Assembly (NCBI RefSeq): GCF_902713615.1
Contig: NC_052155.1
Span: 117,143,031-117,207,030 of the forward strand
Origin: Scyliorhinus canicula
Taxonomy: Eukaryota
DNA length: 64,000 bases
Direction: 5' to 3'
Shown: positions 1 through 12,655 of the stretch, piece by piece
Numbering within the stretch: position 1 is the stretch's first letter
Layout of the letters: every line of letters starts with the position of its first letter
Made by a program: the position numbers and the translations under genes
The notes under the pieces: model-generated
Seen by the model: the letters and a program-made list of their open reading frames with translations, nothing else
Told to the model about the DNA's origin: nothing
The model's database searches: none

Positions 1-670
1 AATGAGAAGTAACAAATGCTAGGGAATGGGATAGCTGTTTTTGGATTTTATTAACCAGCTATAAAGCCACCAAACTATATCCCCTGCCATCATCAGTACA
101 GTTAAATACATTTAGAATGCATTACTTATTGTGTTTTCACACTGCATAGAATTATACAATATTATAAGCTAAACATTTGCCTATACAATGAAGCAATATG
201 TTGAAGCAAAAATATATTGGCTTCACTCCCAAATCCCCAACCACGTTGGGTTAAAATTAGACCTGGTCAGTAGTGGCAAAATGGGTGATTGCAAATTGGC
301 AGCCATTTTATGGTCTGTCCGCTTATCTTTCCCATTCAAGTCAATGGACAGGAAAATCGGGTGGGATGCAATGGATAGCCTATTTTCTCTCAGCCATTTG
401 TGCGACCAAGCAAGACCAATTTCAGCCTTGTGAGTGTCCCATCTTAGCTTTGATGCCGAAGAGAAATACTGTGGGGTGGAGGTGTAGAAACAGCTGAGAG
501 GAGCTGCTGTAATAGGTAGAACGAGAATCATGTAAGACTCATTTTTCACAAGTCACCAGCCTTCTCAGTCCTCGATGATGCACAAGTGACAAAGAGAGTT
601 GAGAAATAGAATAAGTAAATATAAATATTTTATGATACAAGAGGATAGGATAGGAATAGTTGTAGGAATA

Positions 671-1018
671 GGGCAGCACGGTAGCATGGTGGTTAGCATA
701 AATGCTTCACAGCTCCAGGGTCCCAGGTTTGGTTCCCGGCTGGGTCACTGTCTGTGCGGAGTCTGCACGTCCTCCCCGTGTGTGCGTGGGTTTCCTCCGG
801 GTGCTCCGGTTTCCTCCCACAGTCCAAAGATGTGCGGGTTAGGTGGATTGGCCATGCTAAATTGCCCGTAGTGTCCTTAAAAGTAAGGTTAAGGTGGGGG
901 GGGGGGTTGTTGGGTTACGGGTATAGGGTGGATACGTGGGTTTGAGTAGGGTGATCATTGCTCGGCACAACATCGAGGGCCGAAGGGCCTGTTCTGTGCT
1001 GTACTGTTCTATGTTCTA
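671..1018 (+). mobile_element. tRNA-derived V-SINE (HE1-like) with CR1-type tail
   Basis: gggcagcacggtagc head with A/B-box-like motifs, V-domain core gtgggtttcctccgggtgctccggtttcctcccacagtccaaag, tail gagggccgaagggcctgttctgtgctgtactgttctatgttcta. Confidence 0.9.
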
Positions 1019-1131
1019 TTACATATCCCTGATCACCAAAATACTTATTTTTCAAAATTATGTGATATACAATTATGGCTGGCATGTGGTACTAGCATTG
1101 TACTTTGGTATTTTGGGGAAAAGCAGAAATG

Positions 1132-1219
1132 CTAAAAATAGAAGTTCCCATACAATTTTAATTTAATCCATTATCTATTTGTAATATTTCTTATTCACCA
1201 GTTAGGTAAGTAACAGCTG
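1132..1219. promoter_or_regulatory. Candidate muscle enhancer motifs (MEF2 site plus E-box)
   Basis: CTAAAAATAG at 1132-1141 and CAGCTG at 1214-1219 in apparently non-repetitive intron; motif match only. Confidence 0.3.
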
Positions 1220-1594
1220 CAATGTTTATTTACATATAACTACAATGCAGAGGCTTGCAGCCTCATGGCTGCTTGTCAGCTTCCAGGTTCGAACTGATGC
1301 AGAAACTCACGCTTGCCAGGGTGATCCCCCACCCTGGTCCCTGATTGACTACCCAGTAGATTGTCCCGTAAAGGGGACAAACACCACACTCTTACTTTGT
1401 AACAATGCAACCTTTCCATCCCTTCTTTATTTTTGACAAATCATAAGGACTCTGTGGTGCTGAACAATTAACAATGAATATCAATGACTGGAAGAAAGGA
1501 AGCGGTAGAGCAGGAAAATAATCTTCATGTGCCCATGTAGAACGTGCATTTGATAAGAGGTAGCTTTCCAAAGCAAAATAATTTGTTCAGGAAA

Positions 1595-1990
1595 AACAAA
1601 CTTGCATCTTTATCATACCTTTCACAACTTCAGGATGTTCCAAAATGCTTTGCAGCCAATGGAAATACTTTTCAAAGCGTAGTCGCTGTTGTTCTGTTAC
1701 ATTACGGTAGCCAATTTGCATATTTGTCCAACAAACAGCAGCATGATAATGACCAGGTAAATTTTAATGATGGTGATCAAGAGTTAAGTATTAGCCTGGA
1801 CAGCAGGAAAGGCTCCTTTGCCTTTCTTACAAGCGTCCTGAAATCTTTTACTCAACCTTAGAGGGCAGATGAAGCCCCAGTTTAATATCTCAGCTGCATC
1901 CAACAATGCAGCACTCCCTCAATATTGCACTGGGGTGCCAGCTAAGGTCTTGTTCTCAAGTGGGGTCAAACCTTTTGACTCAGGTAAGCA
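1595..1990 (-). mobile_element. Old SacSINE1/DeuSINE-like remnant
   Basis: Degenerate motifs caaaatgctttgcagccaat, caatgcagcactccctca and aaccttttgactcagg; related to the copy at 11395-11635. Confidence 0.6.
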
Positions 1991-2710
1991 GCCAAAACTA
2001 AAAATTAGTCCAACTGAATCCTCAGACTACAGGTCTGAAGTAAAACAAAAGCCATTACAGGATTTTGTAGTACAAATTTCAGAACAGGCTGAAGAAGAAA
2101 ATAAATGCTTGAAGAACAGCCATATTATCTGATGCAGAACCAGTCTAAAAGGTGGTGCAGCTGCAATGCACATGGCAACTTTCAGTCCATCCTGGGTCCC
2201 AAAAGATCTTACAATGTTGTACAATTTACTGACCTTCCAGCTGAGTTCTGTCTGCTTCTGCTTGACCAGTATTCCCTTACCCAACACAGATGCCAATCAC
2301 ATACACTGGAAGTCATCATTCTGACTTTATGTCATATTCTCCTGCATAATGACTTGAGTATACATTTATAATCTAAATTTGTGCTTGCATTTTATTTGTT
2401 GCTGATCTTGCAAAGCACAACTGCTTGATTATAAAATTAGCCGGCCTCCTGCAGTTTACGACACTGACTGGTTTGCAGAGATCGTAGATAGACGATACCA
2501 CTGACATTTGTATCCCATAAGGATTAGGTAGCTGAGTGAACTGGCTGACTACCTAAGCCAAATATGTTCCAGCTTTCAATTTGTGCAACTGTGAAAAGTT
2601 ACTTCAGTAATGTTATCCAGATAAAGCACAGCTATCAATAGTTTAGTTCAGGTTTGTATTGCTGTCCAAACGTCGTTGAGAGATCGAGAGACAGAGACTT
2701 TGATGTAGTC

Positions 2711-3703
2711 CAGTGGTTCTCAAACCTTATATCGTTGGGGGGCTCCTTTTCAAATGGATTGATAATTATAACAGACCATCTGAATTAGAATACTATACAT
2801 TAATCAAACACAAAAATACAACATATAAAGAGGGCAGAATTCTCCGTACCCCGACGCCGAAATCACGGCCAGTGCGGGGACGAAGAATCTATTTTCTCGC
2901 ATGGAATCAGGATCGGTTTCACGATTCTTCAAGCCCTGAGTAAGCCGCGCCGCCGAGGACCTACCTGGAGCCATTGCCAGAGGCCCGCTCCATCATTCTC
3001 TGCCCCCAACCGGCTGAAAACCTGACGACGAGAATCTAATGTGGTTCAGCCTGTCAGGATACTCGTGTGGCGACTGCGGACTCAGTCAGTAGCCGCCCTG
3101 GTTGGGGGGGGGGAAGGGGGGGGCAATCGGAGGGCAGGGGGGTGCTTACAGGTGGCCGGGAAATGTTTGTGCGGGTGGACAAGGTCGGGCACGCAGCTGA
3201 TCGGGGGGGGGGGGGGGGGGGGTTTATTTTTAGGGTCCAGTTCCACGGTTCGAGTCCGCCATGGAGCATGGCGCAGCCTCTGGAGGCCGCCGCCATGCGC
3301 ATGCGCAGCCTCCGACCTGGAGGTGCGATGCCCGTATCTGCAGCAAAAACTGCTAGATCTACACCGGATCCCTGCTAGCCCCCTGCAGGGCTAGGAATTT
3401 GTGGCCCTTTCACGCTAGTGAAACTCCAGTTTTGATGCTGGCGTGGGGACATAGTCCCAAAAATGGAGAATCCAGCCCAAAGTTTTTTAGATGATGCTTT
3501 TGTGAAAACAGCTATTTACTTACAGACATCAGTGAGAAAGGGGTGTCTGTTCTGCACTGCAGACTCTGGCTATTGGTGCACTCCCCTTCCGAAGGGAAAT
3601 AGTCAGCCCACTGTGTGGTGGCTACACTATGTTCCGCCTCTTGGCTCGTATTTTACACAATTTCACTTAAAAGTCTGTATGGATCCCAGTTTGAGAACCA
3701 TTG
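2711..3703. mobile_element. hAT (Charlie-type) MITE
   Basis: TIRs cagtggttctcaaac / gtttgagaaccattg; decayed 8-bp TSD atgtagtc / acatagac. Confidence 0.75.
2832..3478. mobile_element. GC-rich PIF/Harbinger-type MITE nested in the hAT MITE
   Basis: TIRs gggcagaattctcc / ggagaatccagccc, the same terminal family as other copies in the window. Confidence 0.7.
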
Positions 3704-4119
3704 ACATAGACACTTTGAAAAGTATCGTCACTAGAATATTTGCTGAATACGCAGAGACCAGCGCCCCATTCACACACCAAGATGCGCAAAATATATATTT
3801 CAAGTAAGATAATCCACCATAATGAAAGATAGCATGTCATGGGGCTGAACCTGCCAAATGGAGTCGGCACTATTTCTGGGTGCAGACCCCATTCTGAGGG
3901 GTAAGCAATCATGGGATGTGATTTTCCAGGAAATTGGCCCTATTGGCTGGAGGATGGGTTTGCCAGCCAATAAGGGGCAGTGGGTCTGGAAATAGGCTTC
4001 AAGTACAAGGTCAATTGAAAGGTATGATAGCAGACATTATTATGACAGTCGTATTGAAATGTTTTGTCAGGGAGAAGCAAGGAGCAGGAAAGGCAGAGGT
4101 CTGATACCTGTGGCGGGGT

Positions 4120-4310
4120 AACCAAGGTTTAGTGATGCTGCCCTCAGATGAAGCTGAAGGTCATTTGAGATAACTGTTCCCTGTGAATGGCAGAAGCCAG
4201 GCCAAGCAGGGCTATCTGGAGGTAGCAGAGCTAGAGACCAGATGCAATACTGTGAGGAAGACCTGGGTGCTGTGCCATAAGTTCACTGATCTTCTTAATT
4301 CTGCAAAGAA
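4120..4310 (+). pseudogene. Harbinger Myb/SANT-like DNA-binding gene remnant
   Basis: PRFSDAAL...LFPVNGRSQAKQGYLEVAE...RKTWVLCHKFTDLLNSAK resembles the trihelix Myb/SANT (NAIF1-like) domain. Confidence 0.6.
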
Positions 4311-4649
4311 GGATATAGTTGGACACACAAATGACAGGTTTCCAGGCCTGTACTCATCAGCAAATACACCAGCTGTGCAGCCTGAGGGTGCACAGTGCTC
4401 CTAAAATGAAAATGTCTGAACAGGGTAATTACCGATCTGTGAGCAAAGTTCAAATCCCTAACGCACTGAGAAGCACTGATCAGTGCATCATCTCATTTAA
4501 ATGTGCAGCCGGAATTGACGAGAGAGCCCAACATTGCCGTACCTCTCTCTCTCCCCTTTGCTCCTGCAGATGCACAGAGGTAGAGGAGTGTCTCAGCTCT
4601 TTTCCTTCCGAGACTGCGAGAGGTGTCTCTTGACGGAAGTATAGCATTT

Positions 4650-5060
4650 AGGAGGCCTTTAAAAGCAACAAACTGGAAGGATGTAGGACGTGAGCTTCAG
4701 ATGTGGTGCTGAGACAGATCTGTCAACGGATGCTGGAGCGGAGATTACAGAATTGCGCGAGGAACCAGAGTCAGAGATTGGAACCTCAAGGATTTAGGGC
4801 TGGCGAAGGTTGCAGGGATGGGTGGGCCAGGCCCTGGAGGGACGTGGAAAGAATTTTGAATTTAATGGGATGAAATGGTTCAACAGCACCAAAATACAAT
4901 TCACGAAATCTTCATCCTGTCTTAGCTCATGCCCAAATTTCCTTTCCATTGATGACACGCATCTGAAGCAACTTTCAATAGCAGGTTGCTGAAAAATGGT
5001 GGTTAGTGATGGAGAAAGGAACCACAGTGTACGTGTCAGGGTTATTTTCAAATACGAAGA
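4650..5060 (-). mobile_element. Old L2-like LINE remnant
   Basis: Degenerate 3' ORF2-like sequence (gggctggcgaaggttgcagggatggg...agaattttgaattt). Confidence 0.35.
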
Positions 5061-5489
5061 TCAGGCTATGGAATATACTCTCGGTGCCAAAGTGAAATTT
5101 TAACCAATGGCCTGTCCAAGGCTTGGAATATAATGAGATACAGACAACGAGAGTAGACAAGTTAGGGTTTTTTTTTCCATTTCCTGTGGGTCAGGAAGAG
5201 CAGGCATGTTCCTCTTGGCCACAGTAGGAAATGGTGGCCCCACCGAAGCCAGATCTTGCCCCTTGACCTTGATGACGATCCAAATGTCCAGGCTCCAAAA
5301 TCACTTACATGGCTTCTGGGAACCTGTACCTCAAGTCCCTGCTGCTCCCCAAAATTTCACCAGGCTCAGCCAAGGTTATTGCAGCATGAGGCCTAGGAGT
5401 TAAAATTTGAAAGCTGTGTAAAACAGGCCTCATGCTCCGGAAAGTTGGATGGTTCCTGCGTGTTTCAATCCTCAGCTATAGTTTATTCT

Positions 5490-5880
5490 TTCATGGGTTG
5501 TGGGTATCGATGGCAAGGCCAGCATTTGTGGCCAATCGTTCACTGCCCTTGAACCAAGTGGTTTGCTGTGTCATTTCAGAGTTAAGAGTCAATCCACGTT
5601 ACTGTGAGTCTGGACTCACATATAGGCCAGACCAGGTAAGGATAGTAGGTTTCCTTTCCTAAAGGAAATTGGTGAATCAGGTGAGTTTACAACATTAACC
5701 ATTAGTTGACATGTCCACCATTATGGAGACCAGCATAATAATTCCAGGTTAATAAATCTGGAAAAAATCCATATTTAAATTCCATCAGCTGCTGTGGTGG
5801 GATTTGAACCTGTGTCCCTATTGCATTAGCCTGGGCTTCTGGATTATGACAATACTACTGTGTCACCATCTTCTCCTAAA
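5490..5880 (-). mobile_element. Old CR1-clade LINE 3' end
   Basis: ggcaaggccagcattt...taggccagaccaggtaaggat...gtggtgggatttgaacc motifs typical of this repeat class. Confidence 0.45.
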
Positions 5881-6690
5881 ATGTGTCCAATGTGGGCCTC
5901 AAGAGCCATGCCCTTGGGATGAAGTGTCTCATAATCTACCAACTGAGCTAACTGGGCTGTGCAACTTTGATAGGAGCTCAAATTGGGCCGACAGAATTGA
6001 TCCACAAAGGTCGATGATGATGATGCTGCTATCATATGCCAGGACCAAATTTGTTTTTTATGGCGTTCTGTGCTACGCATGTTTACCATGATGTGTAAAG
6101 ATTATGAATGAAAAAAACGAGGATGGTCAGGTTTAAACAAAATGGACAGCAACACTAAACTTGTTGAGTTTTCGCATGGTATATTAGCCCTAAATACATC
6201 TGAGTGTTCCTAACAGCTCTATCAGGTTATCTAACACTTATCTGACCTAGTATAGTTTGGATGTGATTACCAACTCAAGATTCTGAACATTTGTAACTGA
6301 AGACAGGCTTGGCAATCTTAGACAGTAAAAAAGAGCGTGTCTAAAGTTACTGAGGCAGTGCCGAAGGTAACACACCATCTTATACAGCTGGGATACAGTG
6401 GGATATTTTAACCCAGTCCCAAATGAATTTAGGTAGCATTTTATCATAGCTCTCAGCCATGTCCAATCTGCTTCCCCTGAAACGTTCCCTTTAGCCAAAA
6501 CCTCCCTTGGAGGCCGTGCACAAGTAAGCCCCCTAATTTACGGCGCATGCACAGCCATGCCAAAATATTTACAGGGTCTGCACAATTAAACAAATCAGCC
6601 ACACGTGAAATAATTGGAGGATATATTGTCCCCACGCTAAGAATTATTTTGTAACTACTGCCAACATATCACAATTTCTTTACAGGCGAG

Positions 6691-7125
6691 TTGGATTGGA
6701 TTGGATTTTGTTTATTGTCACGTGTACCAAGGTACAGTGAAAAGTATTTTTCTGCGAGCAGCTCAACAAATCATTAATACATGAAACGAAAAGGAAATAA
6801 AAGAAAATACATAATAGGGCAACACAAGGTACACAATGTAACTACATAACACCAGCATCGGGTGTAGTGTTAATGAGGTCAGTCCATAAGAGGGTCGTTT
6901 AGGATTCTGGTAACAGCGGGTAAGAAGCTGTTTTTGAGTCTGTTTGTGCGTGTTCTCAGACTTTTGTATCTCCTGCCCGATTGAAGAAGTTGGAAAAATG
7001 AGTAAGCTGGGTGGGAGGGGTCTTTGATTATGCTGCCCACTTTGCCCAGGCAGCGGGAGGTGTAGATGGAGTCAATGGATGGGAGGCAGGTTCATGTGAT
7101 GGACTGGGTTGTGTTCACGACTCTC
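6691..7125 (-). mobile_element. Rex1/Babar-type LINE 3' fragment
   Basis: Reverse complement ends aatacttttcactgtaccttggtacacgtgacaataaacaaaa(tccaa)n; homologous to 11793-12300. Confidence 0.8.
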
Positions 7126-8074
7126 ACGACTCTGTGCTCATGAGTAATGAGTACCCTTTATTGATAATTAAGTTGGTATCAAATCATAGTCGAGAATGCC
7201 AATATAACCTCAACAAAATATTAAGAGGGAAAAGTAAAAGCATAAAACATATATTTCAGTATACCAGTCACTACACTTGTCCTGAAGTCCAAGCTGGCAA
7301 TAATTTACACTGTAAATTATTTTACACAAGTAGCAAACTGTTCCAGAAAGTAAACAATTTTTCAGAAAAGCCTCCACAGGATTGTCTAAATTTTCTTCAT
7401 CATGTTTTCAAACTTCAGCCACAAACGTGTGGTAAACACATCTCCACCTTTCCCCTTCTTGTCAAATGTATAAAATTGATATTCTGTGGAGATTTTCTAG
7501 CCATTTGAATCTTTCCTTTATCCATTACAAACTGTCACTTTCCACAGAAACTTGTTTGTATGAATCACTCTTCCCAATCCACTTGAACTCATTGTAATTT
7601 TTTTGTAATTCATTATAAACTCAACAAATATTGGACAAGAGTTTCTGCTTTGGGTGTAATTAGTGAGAAGGGGGGGGGGGGGGGGGGGGGGTTGGCTCAA
7701 ATTTCCACACAAACTAATTTTCCTTTCACCAAATGAAGTATCTTTCATGAACCATTGTAATCTGGAAATATTTCAGAACAGAACTTTACAAAATCGGCAT
7801 TGAAACCATTTATTGATATATTTAAGGTCAGTAATCTGATGCAATCTGATTAATGCGACTGATATTGGGTTTAAGACAAATAATAACATTTTTAACCAGT
7901 GTGTGAAGTCCACCATGTGTAAATAACTCAATTTTAAATAACTGAAAATGACTTCAAAAAATATACAAGATCTTTGCTAGTTATGTTGGCGTACAGTACG
8001 TTTCTTTCTAATTTAAAAAAAATTATATTCAAAAGCTTTAAAATATGTCTATTAATGTCCTCTGTTAGTTTGTT

Positions 8075-9345
8075 ATTTACAGCACAGGAGGCCATTCAGC
8101 CCATCGTGTCTGCACCAGCTCCCCAAAGAGCAACTTAGCTAGTCCCATTCCTCAGCCCTACCTCCGTAGCCCTCTAAATTCATCACTTTCAAATATATAT
8201 CCAGCCATCTTTGAAACCTCCTATGGAATCCACCTCCACCACCATTCCAAACCCCAACAACTATCTCACTCCTAGCTGACCATCTTAAAATTGTGACCCC
8301 AAGTCACTGACATACCGACCAGTGGAAACAGAATTTCCTTCTTTACCCCGTCAAGATTGTTCAGAATTTTGAACACCTCAATAAGATCGCCTCTTAATCT
8401 TCTCTGCTCCAAGGAGAACAAGCCCAATTTCTCCAATTTTTCCTTGTATCTAAAATTCCTCATGCCTGGTATTATTCTTGTAAATCTCCTCTGTAATCTC
8501 TCCAGGGCTTTAACATCCTTCCTTAAAGGTGCCCAGAACTGAACACAATACTTCAAATGTGGTCTGACCAATTATTTGTAGAGGTGTAGCATCACTTCCT
8601 TGCTTTTATACTCTATGCCTCTATTTATAAAGCCAAGGATCCGGGAAGCCTTCTGAACAACTGTTTCAACTTGCCTGGCCACCTTTAGAGAATTATGCAC
8701 TTGAACCCCGAGGTCCCTCTGCCCCCCTCAAAGTTGTATCATTGAGCCTATATTGTCTCCCCATCTTTCTTCGACCAAAATACATTACCACACATTTTGC
8801 TGCATTAAAATTCATCTGCCAGATGTCTGCCCATTTGGCCAACTTGTCAATGCCCCTCTGAAGTCGCTCAACATCATCCTCACAAATCACTATTCTCCCT
8901 AGCTTAGTATCATCTGCAAATTTAGAGATTTTGCGCTCAACACCCACCTCTGTAGATCATTTATATAAATCAGAAAAAGCAAGGGTTCCAACACTGAGGC
9001 CTAGGAAAAACCACTTTCAACTCATTTCCAGCCTAAGAAATGCCCATCTATCCTACCCTCTGTTTCCTATCCCTGAGCCAACTTCTAATCCACAAGGACC
9101 CATTAATTCCAAACATTTTAAATTTGCTAACCATCCTGCCATGTGTCACTGTATCAAATGCTTTCTGAAATCCAAATATACAACATCCACGGCACTACCC
9201 TCATCTACTGTCTGTGTCACCGTGTCAAAAAATTCAATTAAATTTGTCAGTCATGACCTGCCCTTGACAAAGCCATGTTGGCTCTCTAGTATTAACCTAT
9301 TTTTCTAAGTATATATTTATCTCATCCCGTATTATGGCGTCCATC
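8075..9345 (-). mobile_element. CR1 LINE 3' fragment (RT region, decayed)
   Basis: ORF pieces KISKFADDTKLG and VRPHLKYCVQFWAP...LRGDLIEVFKI, followed by a CR1 3' UTR. Confidence 0.9.
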
Positions 9346-9818
9346 AGTTATCTCACTTGTATCTAAAGCCAACATAATTTTAAAGCTTCTCTGAAGGTGT
9401 ACAGAAGAGTACAATTAGCAGAATGGTTATTGAATCAAGGCTAGAATCCTTGAAACATGAAGGTTTTAAGGTTTTTTGCACAGTGCCAGCACTTTTGCAC
9501 CAACATCATGGTGACTACAACTGAGGCCAAAAACAGCCAAAGCACCTCTCAAGGCCAGGGATACAGGAGTCCCTCTGCCCCTGTTTTAGTGGTGTCAGTA
9601 TCACAGACTAATATCTATATTCAACCAAGATTTATAAGTGTGGCACCAGCTAAACTAGGCATGGCCTGCTGAAATAGTAGCCCTAATAATGAAAACTTTT
9701 AAATGGCAGTAAACTAAAGATAGGTCTTGAAGATTTCTAGTGACGGGGCTGTATCAATTTCTTTGACAGTTTGTTCCATTGTGGGATTATCCTTGGGAAG
9801 ACAGATTTTTGATACACT

Positions 9819-10240
9819 GGGTGGAATTCTCCCAAGCCCCCACCAGTGGGTTTGACAGTGGATGGCTGTGTGTGGGGGATGTGGTGTGAGACCCAAAAAT
9901 CAAATTCACGGTGAAATTACGGCAGGACCATTCACGCTAGTGCCCTCCATGATGGGTCGGAAAACCCTCTAGAAGCCGGCGTGAACCTCGCTTACATCCT
10001 GGCCATGGATGAAAACATAGCCCTCCACCATCCCCCGACGTCAGATCCCGGTTTGCTAACGGAACAACACTCTGCTGTGAAACATGTTCAAAACAATGTG
10101 GCGTACAGATATCGGGACTCATCTGAACAATGCCGGAGGCTGCCACTGTTATTCAGAATAGAGGCACCCCGCAAACCTGGAACATCGCAACGGTGGGTCA
10201 GGGATGCATCTGCTTCCATAAGGTCCACCTTCTTTCTTCA
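9819..10240 (+). mobile_element. Harbinger-type element remnant, homologous (inverted) to 46140-46637
   Basis: TIR-like gggtggaattctcc. Antisense peptides GIVQMSPDICTPH (here) and GIVQVSPDICTPH (46349 ORF) show the homology. Confidence 0.55.
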
Positions 10241-10726
10241 ATAGTGGGTCAGCGATGCTGGATGCCTTTTCAATATGACTCCCAGACATGGCGGCGGACT
10301 ATGCGCATGCTTCTGCAATTACATTATTAAGCTAATTGCCTTATTAAAGACAGATAATGGTTATTGGCTCAACCTCCAAAAGAGCATGAATGGACACATC
10401 TGAAACTGTTGCAGTGGGGAAACCGTAAGGAGCTTGTGTCTCTGCTGAGTTAGAAGCAGAATAAACTTGAAGGTAAAAGACAAGCTCCTGTGTTGTTCCT
10501 CCACTATATACTAACATTTGATATTCACATGCCCCACCACTAAATACAGCATGAAACACCAGGGTGCATAATTAATGAGGTTGGAGCCAGAAATTTGACT
10601 TATTGTGGGAAATATTCCATGTGCCTGTCCCCGCCACGACACTTAAGTTTTAAAATGTGAGAACCCACTATCTTGGAAACAAATGGCCTTTGTAGCTTGT
10701 GTCGAAAATTATCTCATGTTTTGTAA

Positions 10727-10740
10727 TCGCCAGAGGGCAC
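10727..10740 (+). promoter_or_regulatory. Candidate CTCF site
   Basis: tcgccagagggcac fits 13 of 14 positions of CCRSYAGRKGGCRS; motif match only. Confidence 0.3.
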
Positions 10741-11394
10741 CAGGTACTTGTTTCTGTCAATTCCCAACAGCCCATTCCATATTTTATACTTTGCAGTAGT
10801 GATTCCCATTCCAAATCTTTGGTCAAGGATGTGACACTTGTGTATTTCCCATACTGATTTGTGCAGAATCATGCAACACATTTTTGGGTCTCCTCTAACT
10901 TATTTATATCTGTTGCCACATAAGGATCCCACGCACAACTTGCATACTGGACTGGACGAACAAATGTTTGGTAAGCTACGAGTCTGATTTTTTGTTGCAA
11001 TACCTGCTGATCTTAACGCATGACTTCCTTAGCCAATTGTAGCTTCATTTCCTGAACAGCAGCTGGCAAAATGGATAGCTCATGCAGTGGTGTTTGGGAA
11101 ATCACCAACAGCAGGAGACCCTTGGGGATGGTCGCCAGCAGACAGGGGCAGAGGATAGGCTGGAGACAGGGGAGCACTCCTGCTCCTCCTGGTCCATAAG
11201 GAGTGGAACAGAATCTTAATTTGCACTGTGGGAACCCAATTAAAATACTTTAACTAGGATTGATGCCCATGCCGTAAAAATAGCAGTAAGCGTGTGCATG
11301 TTGGATTGAGGTTGTGTTTCACGTATTAGACTTTTAAACCCAGACCCTTTCCTGGCTGTGATGGAGGATTGATAATTGGGGTCACTACCTTTGA

Positions 11395-11635
11395 GATCAG
11401 ATGTTGTATGTTAAAGATCCCATGGCACTATTAAAAAAAAACAGGGGAGTTCTCCAATATCCTGAACAATGTGTGATGGTCCAACCAACACCTCAGGTCC
11501 AGATTATCTGGTCATTATATATGTGGGATTTTGCGGTGTGCAAACTGGCTGGCATGCTACCCTACATTATAAAAGTGATCATACCGTTAATTGGATGTGC
11601 TGTGGTATTGGGGATCCTGAGGACATGAAATACAC
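11395..11635 (+). mobile_element. SacSINE1/DeuSINE-like remnant
   Basis: taaagatcccatggcactatt...caggggagttctcc...cagattatctggtcatt...gtgcaaactggctg motifs. Confidence 0.65.
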
Positions 11636-11659
11636 CACAGGCCCTTTTGAATGAAGTCA

Positions 11660-12655
11660 TAGACAAAACCATAAGATATGGGACCAGAATTAGGCCATTT
11701 GGCCCATCAAGTCTGCTCCGCCATGCCATCATGGTTGATACGTTTCTCATCCCATTCTCCTGCCTGTAATCCTATACCCTTATTAATCAATTATTTTCTC
11801 AGAAGACTGAGGAAATTTGGCATGTCAGCTGCGACCCTCACCAACTTCTACAGATGCACCATAGAAAGCATTCTTTCTGGATCACAGCTTGGTATGAAGC
11901 CTGCTCTACCCAAGACCGCAGGAAAATACAAAAGGTCGTGAATGTAGCCCAGTCCATCACGCAAACCAACCTCCCATCAATTGACTCTATCTATAATTCC
12001 CGCTGCCTCAGAAAGGCAGTCAGCATAATTAAGCACCCCACGCACCCCGGACATACTCTCTTCCACTTCCTTCCGTCAGGAAAAAGATACCAAAGTTTGA
12101 GGTCACGTACCAACCGACTCATGAACAGACCTTTGAATGGACCTACCTCGTATTAAGTTGATCTTTTCTCTACACCTTGCTATAACTGTAACATTATATT
12201 CTGCAGTCTCTCTTTCCTTCCTTATGTACGGTATGCATTGTTTGTACAGCATGGCAATACTTTTCACTGTATACTAATACATGTGACAATAATAAATCAA
12301 ATTAAGAACCTATCTCTATCTGCCTCAAAGACACTCAGTGACTTGGCCTTCACAGCATTCTGCGGGAATGAGTTCCACAGATTCGCTACCCTCTTCTGAA
12401 GAAATTCCTCCTCATGTCAGTTTTAAAGCATCATCCCTTCAGTCTGAGGCGGTGCCTTCAGGTTCTAGTCTCCTCTAGCACTTCTTTCCTTAGATACGGG
12501 GCTCAAAACTGCTCACAATATTTCAAATGGGATCTGACTCGAGCCTTTTACAGTCTCAGCAATACATCCCTGCTCTTGTATTCTAGTCTTCTTGAAATGA
12601 ATGCTAACATTGCATTTGCCTTCCTTACTGCCAACTGAACCTGCATGTTAACCTC
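11660..12655 (-). mobile_element. CR1 LINE 3' fragment interrupted by a Rex1/Babar insert
   Basis: CR1 tail at the left; QVQLAVRKANAMLAFISRRLEYKSRDVLLRL at the right. Confidence 0.85.
11793..12300 (+). mobile_element. Rex1/Babar-type LINE 3' fragment
   Basis: YFLRRLRKFGMSAATLTNFYRCTIESILSG/ITAWY...LPSGKRYQSLRSRTNRL; ends cttttcactgtatactaatacatgtgacaataataaatcaa. Confidence 0.85.

Noticed and set aside
7011-7508. 165-aa ORF
   Set aside because: Starts in the antisense of a Rex/Babar fragment and runs into AT-rich intron with no recognisable homology.
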